Positions 1-10,835 of a stretch of 64,000 nt of DNA are shown piece by piece. This DNA comes from Phoronis australis. Lineage: Eukaryota; Animalia; Phoronida. Position 1 is the stretch's first letter; each line of letters opens with the position of its first letter. The translations under genes and the position numbers were made by a program. Under the pieces are notes generated by a model, which saw nothing but the letters and a program-made list of their open reading frames with translations, did no database searches and was not told where the DNA came from. The stretch is from contig NMRA01000084.1 in assembly GCA_002633005.1 (NCBI GenBank), positions 482,320 to 546,319 on the forward strand, in the 5' to 3' direction.

Positions 1-190
1 GGATGAGTGGGTTATTGGGCGCGTGTGTAATGGTGAATAGATGGATGGATGGATGGGAGATTCGGTTCATTTGAGGACGGATAGAAGGATAAACGGGTAA
101 ATAAAATTGTTGCTTCAGGGTCCGGGGATGGATGGATGGGTTGATCAATAGTTGGACAGATGGATGGGTGTAAACTGTATGGAAGGATGT
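1..190 (+). repeat. Degenerate (GGAT)n low-complexity repeat
   Basis: Repeated GGATGGAT units. Confidence 0.7.
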
Positions 191-554
191 TGAAAAACAT
201 TAGAAGGGCAATGTTAACATGTATCGCCGACCTGCCAAAGACCAAGCATAATAAAATGTAACGCAAAAGAGGAACTAAGTGATTTTTGTTCTACTCTCTG
301 TGTTCATCACAGCGCAGAAAGAGTAACTTTTTTATCGTGCTATATCTTTTAAACTTGGCGTAGTGCGAATTTGATAGGAACTTTCAGCGATCTCAGAAGA
401 ACGTGCATGTGCTTCTGTAATAACTAGACGCATTTTAGTCATTCTGTCGCGTCTATAGTGAATTGTGATGTTGAAATAAATTCCTTTTGAATTTAAATTT
501 TAGACATTCCTTGTCGTTAAACTACGAGCTATCACCATCCCTGTAGTCACAAGC

Positions 555-635
555 GCTTGAGGTTTCCAAGTTCGAATCCGCGCCGGTGCGGATCTCAGAA
601 ATGGCATTTTCCCGCCGACAATGTAACTTTAACAG
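555..635 (+). mobile_element. Degenerate tRNA-derived SINE fragment (Meta-domain-like)
   Basis: B-box-like GTTCGAATCC followed by GGATCTCAGAAA...TTTTCCC...CAATGTAAC; homologous to the inverted copy at 841-952. Confidence 0.5.
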
Positions 636-840
636 CGTATACTTTATATTGGATAACCAGCTCTGGTAATATTTGGTATATGCTTAAGTATTTAATCTTT
701 TGTGCCCTGCCAAGGCCAAAAGTCTATTTTGAAGAACGCTAAATACGTTTATACAATGAACGTTAGATATAAGACATATTAGACATGTGTTTATTTTATA
801 AATTTGGTTAGATAAGATGACACTGCTCCGTTTGACTCAG

Positions 841-952
841 TCGTTAAATTGACATTATCGGAGAGAAAATTGGTTTTGTGAGATGAGTCTCCGGCGCAGA
901 TTTGACACTGGAACCCTCCCAGTCGCTGTCAAATACTCAGCTGGCGGAGCTA
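841..952 (-). mobile_element. Second, inverted copy of the same SINE family
   Basis: Reverse complement TAGCTC...GAGGGTTCCAGTGTCAAATCTGCGCCGGAGACTCATCTCACAAA...TTTTCTCTCCGATAATGTCAATTTAAC aligns by eye with 555-635. Confidence 0.5.
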
Positions 953-2666
953 AATCCTAAAATCTCCACATACTAATGATCTTTCCCTCTAGTTAGAACA
1001 AGTCTGCGTTATGACGAACACTACAACGTCGAATAAGCGTTTTGAATTCTTTACGTAGGTAAACTAGCCTCGTCCTGAATTAATGAGACTTCTTTAGCAG
1101 TACGCACTACATGCACTTGCCCACAGTGTTGCACGTTCGTCGCAATGTGAGCAAAATAGCTGGTTTGAAAGCGCAATAATATTCAAAAAGTCAACTCTTG
1201 TTTCTTTACTTCCTCAAACGTTGACTACAGTGCATACATGTACACGCAAAAGAATGACAGTGGTGATGACGTTGTGTGGCTTTATTTTTCTACCTCACTA
1301 TTTAGGAGAGCTTATTTCGCATGTTAACGACATGGTTTAAATTTTGTGTCTTCAGAACAATTTAATTCATCTTAACAGATCATGTGACACTACAGCATGA
1401 CTAAAAGCTTACGCAATACATTTATGCTGTTCTTACTTTTATTTTATGAATTTGCAAATCAAATGAGCTTTATTCGTATTGCTGCGGCCTGATTCTAAGA
1501 TACGTTTCTTTCCAATTTGGTTGAAAAATAGTCAAAACGCGTTCCCAAATGACACTTTTTAAGAACTACGTGTTCTTTATCAACGTATAACATTCTGTAG
1601 AATGTCTAACTTTATTTTTTGAAATTCTGGTGGCGCACAAAATGGCTGTCACAGGTGAAAGACGCTTAATAAGAAACGCAAACTATAATTCTGACGGAAT
1701 TCATAAATTTTGCTTTAATGATAAATTTCGATTTGTGAGACTAATTCTGTGTTTTCATTGGTAGATTAGAGGTAGTATGCTTAAAACCGCCAAAGATAAA
1801 ATCGGATGGTATCCGATATTCTCTACATGACAATTTATTGAAACATTTTAATCAACTATTCATCTTCGCTAAAAGAGAAAAAGTGAAATGGCGCATTTGA
1901 TTCGGCGGATTTTTACCAAAAACAGCGAAATTAATTAATTTCCAAGCTAAACATAAAGTTACACAATTGATCTACGTAACCTAACTAAACGGTTCTAATA
2001 CCACCTCTATAATAGTGCTAAACATTTCTTCATTTATTTTTTATAATATTTCAGACATCAAACGAACTTCCTCTACCAAAATATGTTGATATTTTAAGAA
2101 TTTCTTATCAATTTACACCCAAAATATATATGTGTGATATTTCAGTATTGATTTGTGAATATTAAAGATCGCCAACATGTCGTTTTTATTTAATTCAGCT
2201 TATTTCGCTGCGATGTTATTGTTTTGCCATTCGTTTTGTGGCGGCATTCAATTGATGAGCATGGAAAGTCCCTTTAGTCAGATTCACTGTTTTAAAAATA
2301 CATATAACTGCAGACTACCCGATGCTTTGTTGACGTTGACACGGTATTGAACCCACTTTTATTTTATATTTTTTTTTCGTTTCGAAATTTAAGAATATTT
2401 ACATTAACGATGTCGTGACTCCACATTTTGGCTACTGTATATTTATTGCTACATCGAAAAAGTGTTTGATGAATTGCAAAGAAGCGCGAGGAGTGATTTG
2501 CAAATTAATAAACGAAATTCATTATATTGGAATTTTTAAGTAAGTACATATTGCTAGGAAAAAGGAACCACGTCCAGAATTAACAAAAATATTTCATTAA
2601 AACTAGAGATTTGCGCAAGGGAAACAGTACTTTTACATTTTGCGTAGAACGACAATCAATTTTTGA

Positions 2667-2669
<3 letters not shown>

Positions 2670-2730
<61 letters not shown>

Positions 2731-2770
2731 TATATTATATTATATTATATTATATTATATTATATTATAT
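2670..2770. repeat. Compound microsatellite (TA)n(TTATA)n
   Basis: Direct read. Confidence 0.97.
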
Positions 2771-3442
2771 GTAAATGCTGAGACCTAGAAAGATCGTGAA
2801 TTCTCCAATTTGCACAGTGCCAGATTTGGTGTTTGTTATTTTTATTTTTTTAATTTTTCAAATAGTTACATTTTACTATGCTACTGTCACTCTGACTAAG
2901 AAATCCTCTCTCCTCCACGACAAGTAAATGTTTTTTGATTTCAAATTCTACTGATTCTTCTTGCCTATTACTGAAATTGGCAGCGTATAAAACTTATTAC
3001 TCATTCTGTTTAATAAAATTCATGTAACCGTGTGCAGTTTATCAACGAACTTTCTGTCGACAACAAGTTGAATGACTTTTATATAAAAACAACTTTTGAA
3101 CGAGCTGATCACAACTTTTTCTGCAATGTTTTAGTCCTTTTGTAGTGCCTTCAAAAAAGGTATCTCAGAAATTGGTACTACATGCGTCTCACAATTAGAC
3201 GATTGGATGAATCTATTTCCAATTGTTTGGGTTTTTTTTCTCTGCCACCGTTATCATTGTCAGAACTTGGCTTTGGTACGTTTGCACTTACTCTTAACTG
3301 AAAATTGAATCAGGGAATTTGTACATTGTCAAATGCTGATTTTAACAGTTCAAATTACGAACGACAACACCGCCACCTGTCACTGTTACATGTATAGCTG
3401 ATCAAGGGTCATATTTTGTCAACTCTCTACATCGCTGCTCAC

Positions 3443-3737
3443 CTACTATTCCCATCCAAGCGAAGAACGGTGTGGTCTGATGCTGATCTGACTGCAAGGC
3501 ACACGAGTGATATTCCATGGAGTTTCTTGATATTCCGTCACCGTCGCCACTAGATGGAGCCAAGGCAAACGAGCACGACGACATGTCGCTTAGAGATTGA
3601 TCTCCAGTGTAGTAGGTCTGTGTATAACCATACTGACTTTGGCTCGTTTCTTGAACTGGCTCGTGCATGGGCACGCACTGGTAGGCGCACGCCGGCGCAT
3701 TTGATGAGCATACCATCTGGGGCGGGAGGTAATTCAT
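3443..3737 (-). CDS. Lox4: Central Hox gene exon 1, Lox4-like (Lox2 not excluded); homeobox exon outside the window
   Basis: ORF ends TTPFFAWMGIV-G with donor GTAG|GTGAGC (phase 1), matching the Lox4/Lox2 hexapeptide-linker pattern PFYPWMG(V/I)VG|PNS. Same strand as Post2 and next to it. The upstream relic SYFNFNLISCDL favours Lox4 (from memory of the family). Confidence 0.7.
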
Positions 3738-3909
3738 TTCTGCCGGGCTGGTGCGGACACCGGAGGACGGTTCATTATCGTTCGAGACTGACAGACTGTA
3801 TCTCGCTTGTTAGCATATCTCTTACAACGAGAGGTTTTGTAATCCAGCATCAAATGTCACTGATATCTTGTCAAAGATCACAGGAAATTAAATTGAAATT
3901 AAAATATGA
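3738..3909 (-). pseudogene. Decayed former N-terminal coding segment of the Lox4-like gene
   Basis: Reads SYFNFNLISCDL*QDISD, then after a 1-nt shift FDAGLQNLSL*EIC*QARYSLSVSNDNEPSSGVRTSPAE, in frame with the ATG at 3737. Stops at 3873, 3824 and 3812; no ATG before SYF (TAG TCC TAA). Confidence 0.6.
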
Positions 3910-5840
3910 TTAGGACTATAAGATTATAGCCGGACTTTGGTGTGATTTATAGACCTATAATAAAATGCGCAGAAAGTTTGGGGAAATTTCATAGTGAACT
4001 CACAGAAGGGATGGGTATATGAAATGATTCCCCTGTCATTTGATTCGAATGTGTCTACCTATGAGTTAGATTACGCTCTGATTCACGTTTGCCGCCCTTA
4101 AAAATAATTCGTTTTTATACCGTGAAGGTGGTGTATTACAGTACTTTCTTCACACACTTTTCTAATCAAAATTCCCAGACACTTTTTTGCTATCCGCGTT
4201 GCACAATGCACATTAGCCTGTTAAATGTTTACATTTCATGAAAAGCTCACAAAAAATTGCGCCTCCTTTCGTAAGCATATCTACATGTATTTGCGGGAAA
4301 TGATGCGCTTCGTTCCTCTTTTGAACGTTCCACAGGTCAATTGATCTATATAACTCGCAATGACTTCAGAAGAAATTCTGATTATAATTTCTATTGTGAA
4401 ACATGCTCTCGAACTGCTGGCTTGCTTGTTTGAAGGCAACCGCTGATAAGCACGAACCCATAAAAGGAATTCGACAGTCTGGACGGTGTTATTGAGTCCG
4501 CTGTGTCAATTGATGTCTAAAAAGTCTCGTTGTTGTGATTCAAAATTTTAATACTATCACGTGTTACAGTCTGGGCAATCGGTCTTAAAAGCTATTCAAA
4601 TTGCATATTCATACCAAACGCAACATTATTGAACATGTCAATTATAAATTTAATTTTAGGTGTGACTAAAATGAGGCATAATTTGCTTTTACTGTGCGGA
4701 TTATTTACTACTGGACAAAGTTTCTGATGTTTTCAATATTGCAAAACTGCCTCGACAAACATTGGTGTGGCGTCGTTAGTCATGCATGTATCTGTTGATA
4801 GGCCTCACATTGTCTCTCATTTCATTATCGATAACTGGAAATGAATTGCCCAAACTTTTACGACAAATTTTAATGCAGTTACCATAGCAACATTCTTGAA
4901 ATACACGTATTAAGCCATGATCATGATATTTGCGTCACTGTAGAGTCTTGGTGCTATTCATTTAACCATTGACGTTTCTTAACAAGGATAATACTTTTAC
5001 TTTGTAAAAATAATACTTTTTACCACTCCACAGGGAACGAATGTTGGAATTTTTTGATTCATGCTCATTTATGCAAGTAAACTGATTAGATGTCAATGTG
5101 CCTTCTATTTTTGTCCCATGTTTCCAAGAAATGTAGCAGGTGAATATTATCTCTCCGCGTGTTCTCTGGGAAATTATGAATACCTTTGAGTAAATCTTAA
5201 GAGCTTCTTTTTATGGACCACAGTTATCAAATGTTTTGTTGATTTAGTTTTCATTATGGCTCTTTGGAAATTATCTTGAGTAGTTTTAGTAAATAGACAT
5301 TTTCTTTTTGGCTTAATATATGTAATGGGGGAAATTGGTTACTCAAAGTCACAGATGGTGTTTCTAATCTTTCCACACCGTTTCAACTAAATGCCAAGCC
5401 ACCCTCTACTAAACTTTCTGCAGAACTGAGGGGACGACTGTGAACCTCCTATTTGTGGCTTTCGTTTTTGAAGTACGTTTTTACAAAGTTACCACCGTTT
5501 TCTCTAACCTTGGAAAAATGTGCTATATATTTATGTATGCATGTATGTATGCAGGCAAACACGAAGCTGCATGGAAAATGATAATTTTCAATTTCATAGA
5601 AACTAATATCAAATGCAGAAGATAAAGTCTTAGTAGTTCTGCATGGTGTGTTTAACTCTTATATTTAGTAAATTTTTAGATTTACGAGTGACATGCGAAG
5701 CTGTTCAGCCATCTGAGACGTAGCAATGAATGACGATTTCTGGGACAGCAGTGTTTCAAAGAAGGACATTGTACCGACTGAAACTTGTCTCAGCGGAAGT
5801 TGTCTCAACCGTACCAAGAAACGCTCTGTGCGCTGTATAG

Positions 5841-5843
<3 letters not shown>

Positions 5844-5879
<36 letters not shown>

Positions 5880-6006
5880 ACAAACACACACACACACACA
5901 CGGATGTGTGTGCGGTTGCGTGTGTATGTGTATATGTGTACATATGTATAAATATTTCTATGTATGCATGTATGTTTGTATATACAGGTATAAGTGTGTG
6001 TACGTG
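5844..6006. repeat. (CA)n microsatellite followed by a degenerate (TG/TA)n tract
   Basis: Direct read; explains the spurious HT/VC-repeat ORFs. Confidence 0.95.
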
Positions 6007-9000
6007 TAAGATATTTTTTATAACGTGTGAAGTGTTCAAAACGTTAAAACACAACACTGCACTCCGTCATACCATACAACAAGGCTCCATTCAACGTTTG
6101 ACTGGAACACATTAACCCCAGAACTGGCGAGTCAAAGCGTGTGAGACGAAATTTCTGCTTGAAATCCATGACGATATGCCACGAAGATAATCTGGCCAAA
6201 CCGGCAATATAATGCCTTAGCGAATTTGAGCTCACCTAATTGTTGTTCTGTGGTACGTTGTTCAACACCTTGCGGGTAAAGTTTAATGATAAAATGGGAC
6301 CTTCGTGTATTTAAACCTGTTTTATTAACTAATAGCTGTCATTTCATGCGCCAAAGAAAGAGCAAACTCGTTGGCAAATGGTCGTTTATTCCTCAACAAA
6401 ATTCTGCACAGTGCAATCACTTCGTGTTCACGCGGCTACAGTCACACTTGTAACACGTAGATTATGTTCTGGTAATGGTTTCGATTACTGCGGCTATGTC
6501 GAAAGTCTGTGGACGTGCATAAGCCATGCCAACACCACCAATCAGTTAACTACAAAATGTGTACTCGGTTACTCTCAATCTGTTGAAAATGAAATCAATT
6601 AAAATATTAATGCGTCGTATTGAAGTTAATGAAGTTTTGCCAACTTGAAAAATAAATTAATTGGCCAGTCGGAAAATTACTCCCACCCTTTTGCAAAACC
6701 ATTTGCGCAATGGCTTGGACGCTATAGCAAGAACGAATGTACCCTGACGAACGAGAGGTGAATAGTTTTGAACACACACTCGGTCTGTCAGGGTATATAC
6801 GCGCAAACTTGCTCAGTCTTTTGATAGTTCTTGGCACATGGAAGGTTCGCAAGATGACAACATCCAATTTGTAGGAAGGACGAGCCATTGAGGTGTTCGA
6901 CACTGCCGCAAAGATCACATTGCTTGTTCGTTACTGCGCCTAGAAACAAACAAAATTTTTCGTAGTAATCAGATGTCAAATGCTGTGCGTTCCGGCCTCA
7001 ACGTGGCACAAAGCAACACACTTGTACGAAAGGATGTTAAATACGGCTGGCGAGTTTCTACGATAACACGGGGGTTGATGTTATCAGCTGAAATTCAATT
7101 TCTTGAGGTGCATGTATTTATATATGATAATTTAAGTGGCTGCTATAAAGTTTTACAATCGTTGATTTAGCGTACCGACTATTTTGATACCACAGAAGCT
7201 GGAAAGGATTATGAACATTAATCTAAAAAGCATATCCATCAGTCACACGTTCGACTCAGCTAATATGAAATTATTGGCATCAAGATGTCGTACACTATGA
7301 TCGAAAGAACATCTTTCATGAAACGAAACAGAACTTCCACCAACATTCAAGGCTTTTATCTGCGATTGCAAATTGACACAATCTAATGTCGATGTACGAT
7401 TTTGTCATGGCCACCGATTGTACTCTCGCAGAAGAACCGAACTTACGAACGCACGACAACACTACCGTACTAAATTTATCAACAATTGTCCAGTAAGTGC
7501 TTGAGATTGCCTCATAAGTTCTCCCCTACAGAAAATAATATAACAAACTAGTGATATTAATAACCTTAGAAAAACATCGAAAAATCTTACTACTGTAAAT
7601 TCGGAGCACCGTGTCTCAGAAAGGGTTATTCAGATTCAAATATAACTTTCAGTTGGAAACGATGGGACGTGCTCATGAACGAAAACAACGCTTTACTATC
7701 TCCAAGGATTCACATTTCGAAATTGTGTCTTGAAAATAAAATTGGACGCAACATTATGTACTATCGCTTACGAGTCCTCTAAAAATTTCAATTTGAATAC
7801 GTAAATGAAATCAAAATAATTTATATGTTGGGAAAATTGAGACTTCAACTTCACTATTTACATGATCAGAATCTTCGGTCACGATTTTATTAATGACGCT
7901 GTTCTGTTTGGATATATTATTCAGAAATATATTTTGCTACGTTTTAATAGAATGATTCCCTCAAGTGACCCAATCATTGATAGATTGGTGTCAAGTCTAG
8001 ACTCATTTCTATATAGTTTTTCTTTTGTTTTCAGAAAGGATACCGTATACTGGGTTAAGTTCTACAGTTGTGTATTCTGTTGGTTGTTTGCACAAATTTG
8101 CTGCCAAGGTTACTCTTATCGCTGATAATGTTGTCTTCACGCACATGCGCGATTTTTAAGACTTCCGGCACGTCTTCGATTGAGTCCCCAATTTGGTGCA
8201 AACTAATGCTATTAATGAATGACCTGGGTTGCACGTCGCACTTGCGTCTTCGGTGAACTGGATGCTGATCACACAGTGACATTTATTTTCAACGTATAAT
8301 GATACCACATAAAGAAATGAATTCCTGTGCCCCGAATCTAATATCTGTACTCGAATCGAAAATTGGGTAACTGCATCGCACATTTCGCGTAAACGTTCAC
8401 AAATGTACCCGAGTCCTGTGAAATGATTATTGTTATTTTTCGTGTCTGAGTCAAATCTGAGTTCAGTTATAAACCCTACGTCCTCGACGCCCAAAAGGTG
8501 GCGATTTAATGCTCTCGGAGACAATAATGTCTGCTTAACTTCTTTTCAATGCCGCCCTACACGCTAGCACGATGCACCTAAGTACGCATCTCAATGTAAA
8601 CCTACTTGCATCATTGTATGTTGTTAAAAATGATGGTCTACTTCCTTGATACGCTGGTGAGTTTTTCCTGAAGTCATGTGACCAAATTTTACATTGTGGG
8701 AAACGACTTAGCGGCTGTTCATTTCAATTTCTACTTACGGTGCAAATTGTATTGATAGGCCTCGTCTAATACACCCAAACCACCTTTTCCTGGTACGACG
8801 GTTGGACGGCGTAAGGATCTTGTAAATAGTTACCATGTGATGAAGACGTCAGTGTAAGTGTTCATTCAACAGGTTGACGTTAGGATGCTTGCTTGTAATC
8901 TGAACACTCCCTTCTTACTTCCAGACCTTTATAACATTATCTTGCACTGCTAAAATAATTCAAATTTTCCACCAATCAAGCGCCTTGGCGCTTTGAGTTG

Positions 9001-10723
9001 CCTAATAAACATATCTCTAGAGAAATATGCCTTTATTGTACTTCAGTCATGTACTCTCTGGAACTATACAGTTCAGTGAGTATGTCCAAAATCGCGTGAG
9101 CAAATGTCACAAAATCATTCAAAGATAAACGCGGCAGGAAACACTTTCTACCAGTTGCTTTGATTCTCTGAGTCAGCTTGTAAATCACTTCAAAATTATC
9201 AAGATATTCTTTTTGAGTGAGGCGTTGACCTGCTAGCCGGGTTATATTGTCTATCTTATGGCCCTCTAAATGTTTCTCTCGTAGAACAGCAATAAAAGAC
9301 ACATAAATCTGGTCTCAACAGATTTGAACTTTACCTGACAAACCAAAACAATTTCATATGAAGCGGTTAGACCCTGTAAAAAAGGCTAAGCGATATGGAA
9401 GTTGAATTTGATATGTCCTTGTGTAGACTAGCCTACGAAAAAAATATATTTACAAGAGTCGCGACTTCTGGTTTGTCGATGCCAAGCGCTACCTATTTCT
9501 GGTTTCTGAACAGACACACAGGCAACTGCATCAGACCTGTAGAGGGGGGACACCGGCAACAGAAAATGATTGTGGGTTAGATTCCATGAGATTCATCCGG
9601 CAGTCCTGCTGCTTGTGAGCATAGGCCTTAAATTTTGCTCAATATAAGCATTTGAGAGCTGTTGCGAAATATTTTGCCATTTACTAGTGTCACTATTGTA
9701 ATCTGTTTTGTGGTTACGATACCTGGTTTACGCATCCTCAGCAATCATGACTGTTCTCTAATAACCGTATTTAAAATGCGCAGTGATATCTGATAGTGCG
9801 TACCACGGAGCACATTGGACGATGACAAGTGCTTGGAACCCTAGTGGGCAAGATATGGAGAACTCAGAAGTACAAGTATGGCAAATAAACTTTACTTTCA
9901 ACAGTATTGGCATTTCACAAACTAAACTCTATGAACATATTCAGGTATTGGTGGCTCTAATACGCCTCAACTTGAAATAGGATAAGTTTATGAACTGAAG
10001 TCTATGGAATTCCATGTAGCTGGTTGTTTTTGTATATAGATCTTTGTACATGTGTAGCAGACAAATCGTGTTTTATGCAATACCTTTTACTTTCGTTTAT
10101 CATCACCACTTCTTCTAATCATTTGTTTCAAATTTAACATGAGTAACTTTTTTCTCATCGTAGAATAACCAAAATAGTTTGGAATGAGAATGGGGGTTGT
10201 GATTGCCATCCAAATGTTTTCCTGCTCCGTCTCCACGTATATTATTACACTATTCAAAGTGGTTCTCTCTCACTGAAACAGAAGACAAACTGTTCACAAC
10301 ACAAAATTCTTACGGTGTGTTCGGAAAGATTTCGAATTTCTGTTAATGTCAAGACATTTTAAACTTTAATTTAAAATTTCAAAATCGTCATTTCTTCCAT
10401 TTTCTGCCACACGGCAAAGCACCTCTCGTTACTTGGTATGGCAAGACACAGACGTAACACTTTTCCCTTATATGGGAAATGTGACCTTTGACCTTTGATG
10501 TATACAAAACGGTGATTTCAAGCAGCATTTAGTCTGAAAAATTGAATGCATGCGCGCACACATGTTATGAGGGGTTTAGAATTTGAAAACTGTGTTGTGA
10601 TGAAAGACTTTTTATTTTGCTTGTGTTTCAAAAATGTGAAATTGGCAATCTTTTATTGAAATTCTTGCAACATTCAAAGTAAACAACTTTATCCAAGAAT
10701 TAGATTCTCCACAATCGTTTTAA

Positions 10724-10835
10724 GAGACAACGTGGCTTAGTGGTTTGAGTTGCAGGATCCCGATTTGGAAACACGGATTCAGATCCTAGAGTCACTGACA
10801 GACAATCGAGCACTGTAAAAAGGTGTCACCTGCTC
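10724..10835 (+). mobile_element. tRNA-derived SINE head (degenerate)
   Basis: A-box TGGCTTAGTGG (10733-10743) and B-box-like GGATTCAGATCC (10775-10786) at tRNA-like spacing; no intact cloverleaf. Confidence 0.45.

Noticed and set aside
3554-3913. 119-aa plus-strand ORF antisense to the Lox exon
   Set aside because: Shadow ORF opposite coding-derived sequence; no recognisable motif.
5665-6115. His/Thr- and Val/Cys-repeat ORFs
   Set aside because: Translations of the (CA)n microsatellite.
9033-9302. 89-aa ORF between the two Hox genes, considered as a relic of a lost Hox gene
   Set aside because: No homeodomain or hexapeptide similarity and no convincing splice sites.
9371-9380. ACCCTGTA match to the miR-10 5' end (also near 45419)
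   Set aside because: The match stops after the seed and there is no precursor hairpin; miR-10 is not expected at this cluster position.
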